A stretch of 64,000 bases of DNA from Eukaryota sp. TZLM1-RC. Taxonomy: Eukaryota; Protista; Metamonada: BaSk clade. The stretch is taken from assembly GCA_040285825.1 (NCBI GenBank), contig JAUPSS010000002.1, forward strand, positions 1,798,001 to 1,862,000, read 5' to 3'. Shown here piece after piece: positions 62,085 to 64,000 of the stretch (position 1 is the first letter of the stretch; every line of letters begins with the position of its first letter). A program made the position numbers and the translations under genes. The notes under the pieces were generated by a model. It saw only the letters and a list, made by a program, of their open reading frames with translations. It made no database searches and was not told where the DNA came from.

Positions 62085-62605
62085 TTTCGGGAAACGCCGT
62101 GCTGATTTATATACTCACGGGTCTGATGGTGTCATCAAAGTTGTTCATGTTGTCACTGTTGATGTTTGTAAAGAATCAGCAATTGATTTTGCCAAAAGGA
62201 CGAAACTCCACTTTGCTTTGCTGAAAAGAGAAAAATAGAAAAGTACAAATAACCCTTATCTCGGCGTGGGCGTGTTGAGCATTTGAACTATGAGCTGGTT
62301 CCATTTGCTGTTTCCCTATTTGGTAACATTGGAAAATCTGCTATTAAATTTCTTGATGGTTTCAGATGTTGAATAAGGGAAAGATCACGAAAAGTGTTGA
62401 ACTTCAATTTCTGGCACAATAGAATTGCTTTATTATACTTAAAGCAATTCCCGAACTGATAACCAAAGCACTGTTGCAATAAGGAAGAGAGTATGAGAAT
62501 CGCGCATTGAAGAGGTTTGATGTTGTTGATGCCTGTATTGAGGATATGGAGCTTCAGTTTTTTGTTTAGTTGCTTTGTTTGTGTTCAAAATTGATAATAA
62601 ATCTT
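62085..62605 (+). mobile_element. 3' fragment of family B-like non-LTR retrotransposon
   Basis: Colinear with 9640-10150 (RADL..DGVIKVV..VTVDVCKESAID); AATAAA at ~62596. Confidence 0.85.
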
Positions 62606-62959
62606 GCTTAAGAAAACAAAAATGTTTTCACATTTTTATGAGTCACCTGCTCTATTATAGATAAATACAACTGCGGGTGTGCTGAGTACTCATAGGAACT
62701 AAGAAGAGTATAAATATTTGGAAATCCCATTAAGTTTTCAGCAAATAGTGAATAAACACAAATTGGATATGAAAAAACCGATTTTGAAAATACAGAAATA
62801 TATCGTGCTCTTTCAAAGCACATTGCCGGAAGAGGCGTATGTTACTAACAAAACATTTGTCCTACTAAAAATTTAAAACAAAAATAAAAATTTAACACTC
62901 TATTAATAGTAATGCTAGTTTGAACTTAACAATTTCTTGGATATAAATATTACAGATCT

Positions 62960-63023
62960 CACTTGGCAAATTAAAATCATAACTAATGGGACGAAATTCA
63001 TTGAACCAAGATTGAACCAAGAT
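62960..63023 (-). mobile_element. Extreme 3' tip of family C element
   Basis: TCATAACTAATGGGACGAAATTCATTGAACCAAGATT matches 20075-20111. Confidence 0.75.
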
Positions 63024-64000
63024 TGAGATGTCTATTCGTCACGGGCTTACCAAATGTAAATCATGCGAATGTTTGTGAAATAAAGATCGAATTGCTTCGC
63101 TGAATATGATATGAGAGTATCGACAGCAACTAGTAGTCTTGGTGTCAAATAAGCCCTTTTAAACAGTTCCTCGAGACTGGAAAATTGATGTGTGAATAGA
63201 TTAAGTCCACCATGTATGTGAAAGAAAGCTGCTTGCAACTGTAATCAATAATGTAAAACGACCTTCGCTGTGACTTTCACAACCACGGCAAGCTGTGGAA
63301 TGTACTGTGGATTAAAGAAATGCCATTCTCTTATCAAAGTGTAATATAAAAAGTTCTGTACAAGTAGAAGGTGTGGAGTTAATCGGTACACTATTAGTAA
63401 ACAATAATTATCAAAGATGAGTAGAAAAACACGTAGGAAGAGTGCATGGGGAGCTCTAAAACTCAGAAAAGGAGGTAAGTGATAAAAATAAGAACCTAGT
63501 TGATGAAGTGAGGGGAAAGTGTGGAAATAGGGAACACCTCCCAAAACAGGCAGTCAGAAGTCGAAAATGGAGTGTTCAGTGTAAAAATTGTTAGATGAAC
63601 AGTTTACTCTCACTACCTGACAGGCACCCACTCTGTGTTACGTGTATTCACTCGGTCTTGTGCACTTAACTCGCTAATGACCCCCGCAGTGGTGCAACAA
63701 ATTCGGATTGACCTTCCCTTGGTCACTGAGATTTGGGATGAAGCTTTTTTATTGCTTCAATTTTTTCTTCTAAAATTTCCGTTGGTATCTAGAGCTCTAG
63801 TGGAACAGGATGAATGGTTTCTTTTTATGACCGTCATCACCACTAATTCTTTTCCGAAGCCATCCACCTCCAGAGGCCAACACCAATTACTCCATATCTT
63901 TTACAGTGGATTTCTTTCTGATTGCCCACAAGATATGTCACTTGTTTCTTCATCGGAAAATTCTTCAGTGCCTTATAGAAATTCATTCAATCTTTTCCTC

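Overview
AT-rich eukaryotic (protist-like) genomic window with compact genes, very short GT-AG introns (27-35 nt) and roughly a third of its length in transposable elements. Host genes: SmD3, a WH1/EVH1 protein, an RNI-like LRR protein, a WD40-like protein, a spliced membrane protein, a ~4,860-aa secreted beta-repeat protein, eIF3c, DNA ligase I, a TLDc protein and Arp8. Mobile DNA: many decayed RT+RLE (CRE-like) non-LTR retrotransposons in about four families, several with readable TSDs; an internally deleted MULE (9-bp TSD) carrying a nested hAT-type MITE (8-bp TSD); and a young non-autonomous LTR element with three 96-bp LTRs (LTR-I-LTR-I-LTR, 4-bp TSD). The most striking locus is a Fanzor1-type (eukaryotic TnpB-derived) gene at ~13880-15706. 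The ORF track splits it in two, but both halves share one frame and are separated by a single TAG. Its RuvC-I Asp is replaced by Glu. It is followed directly by a structured, GAAA-tetraloop-bearing omegaRNA-like region that ends ~40 bp before the SmD3 start codon, and no transposon ends are visible, so it is a candidate domesticated or nuclease-altered RNA-guided system. All family assignments come from motif recognition by eye; no database search was run.
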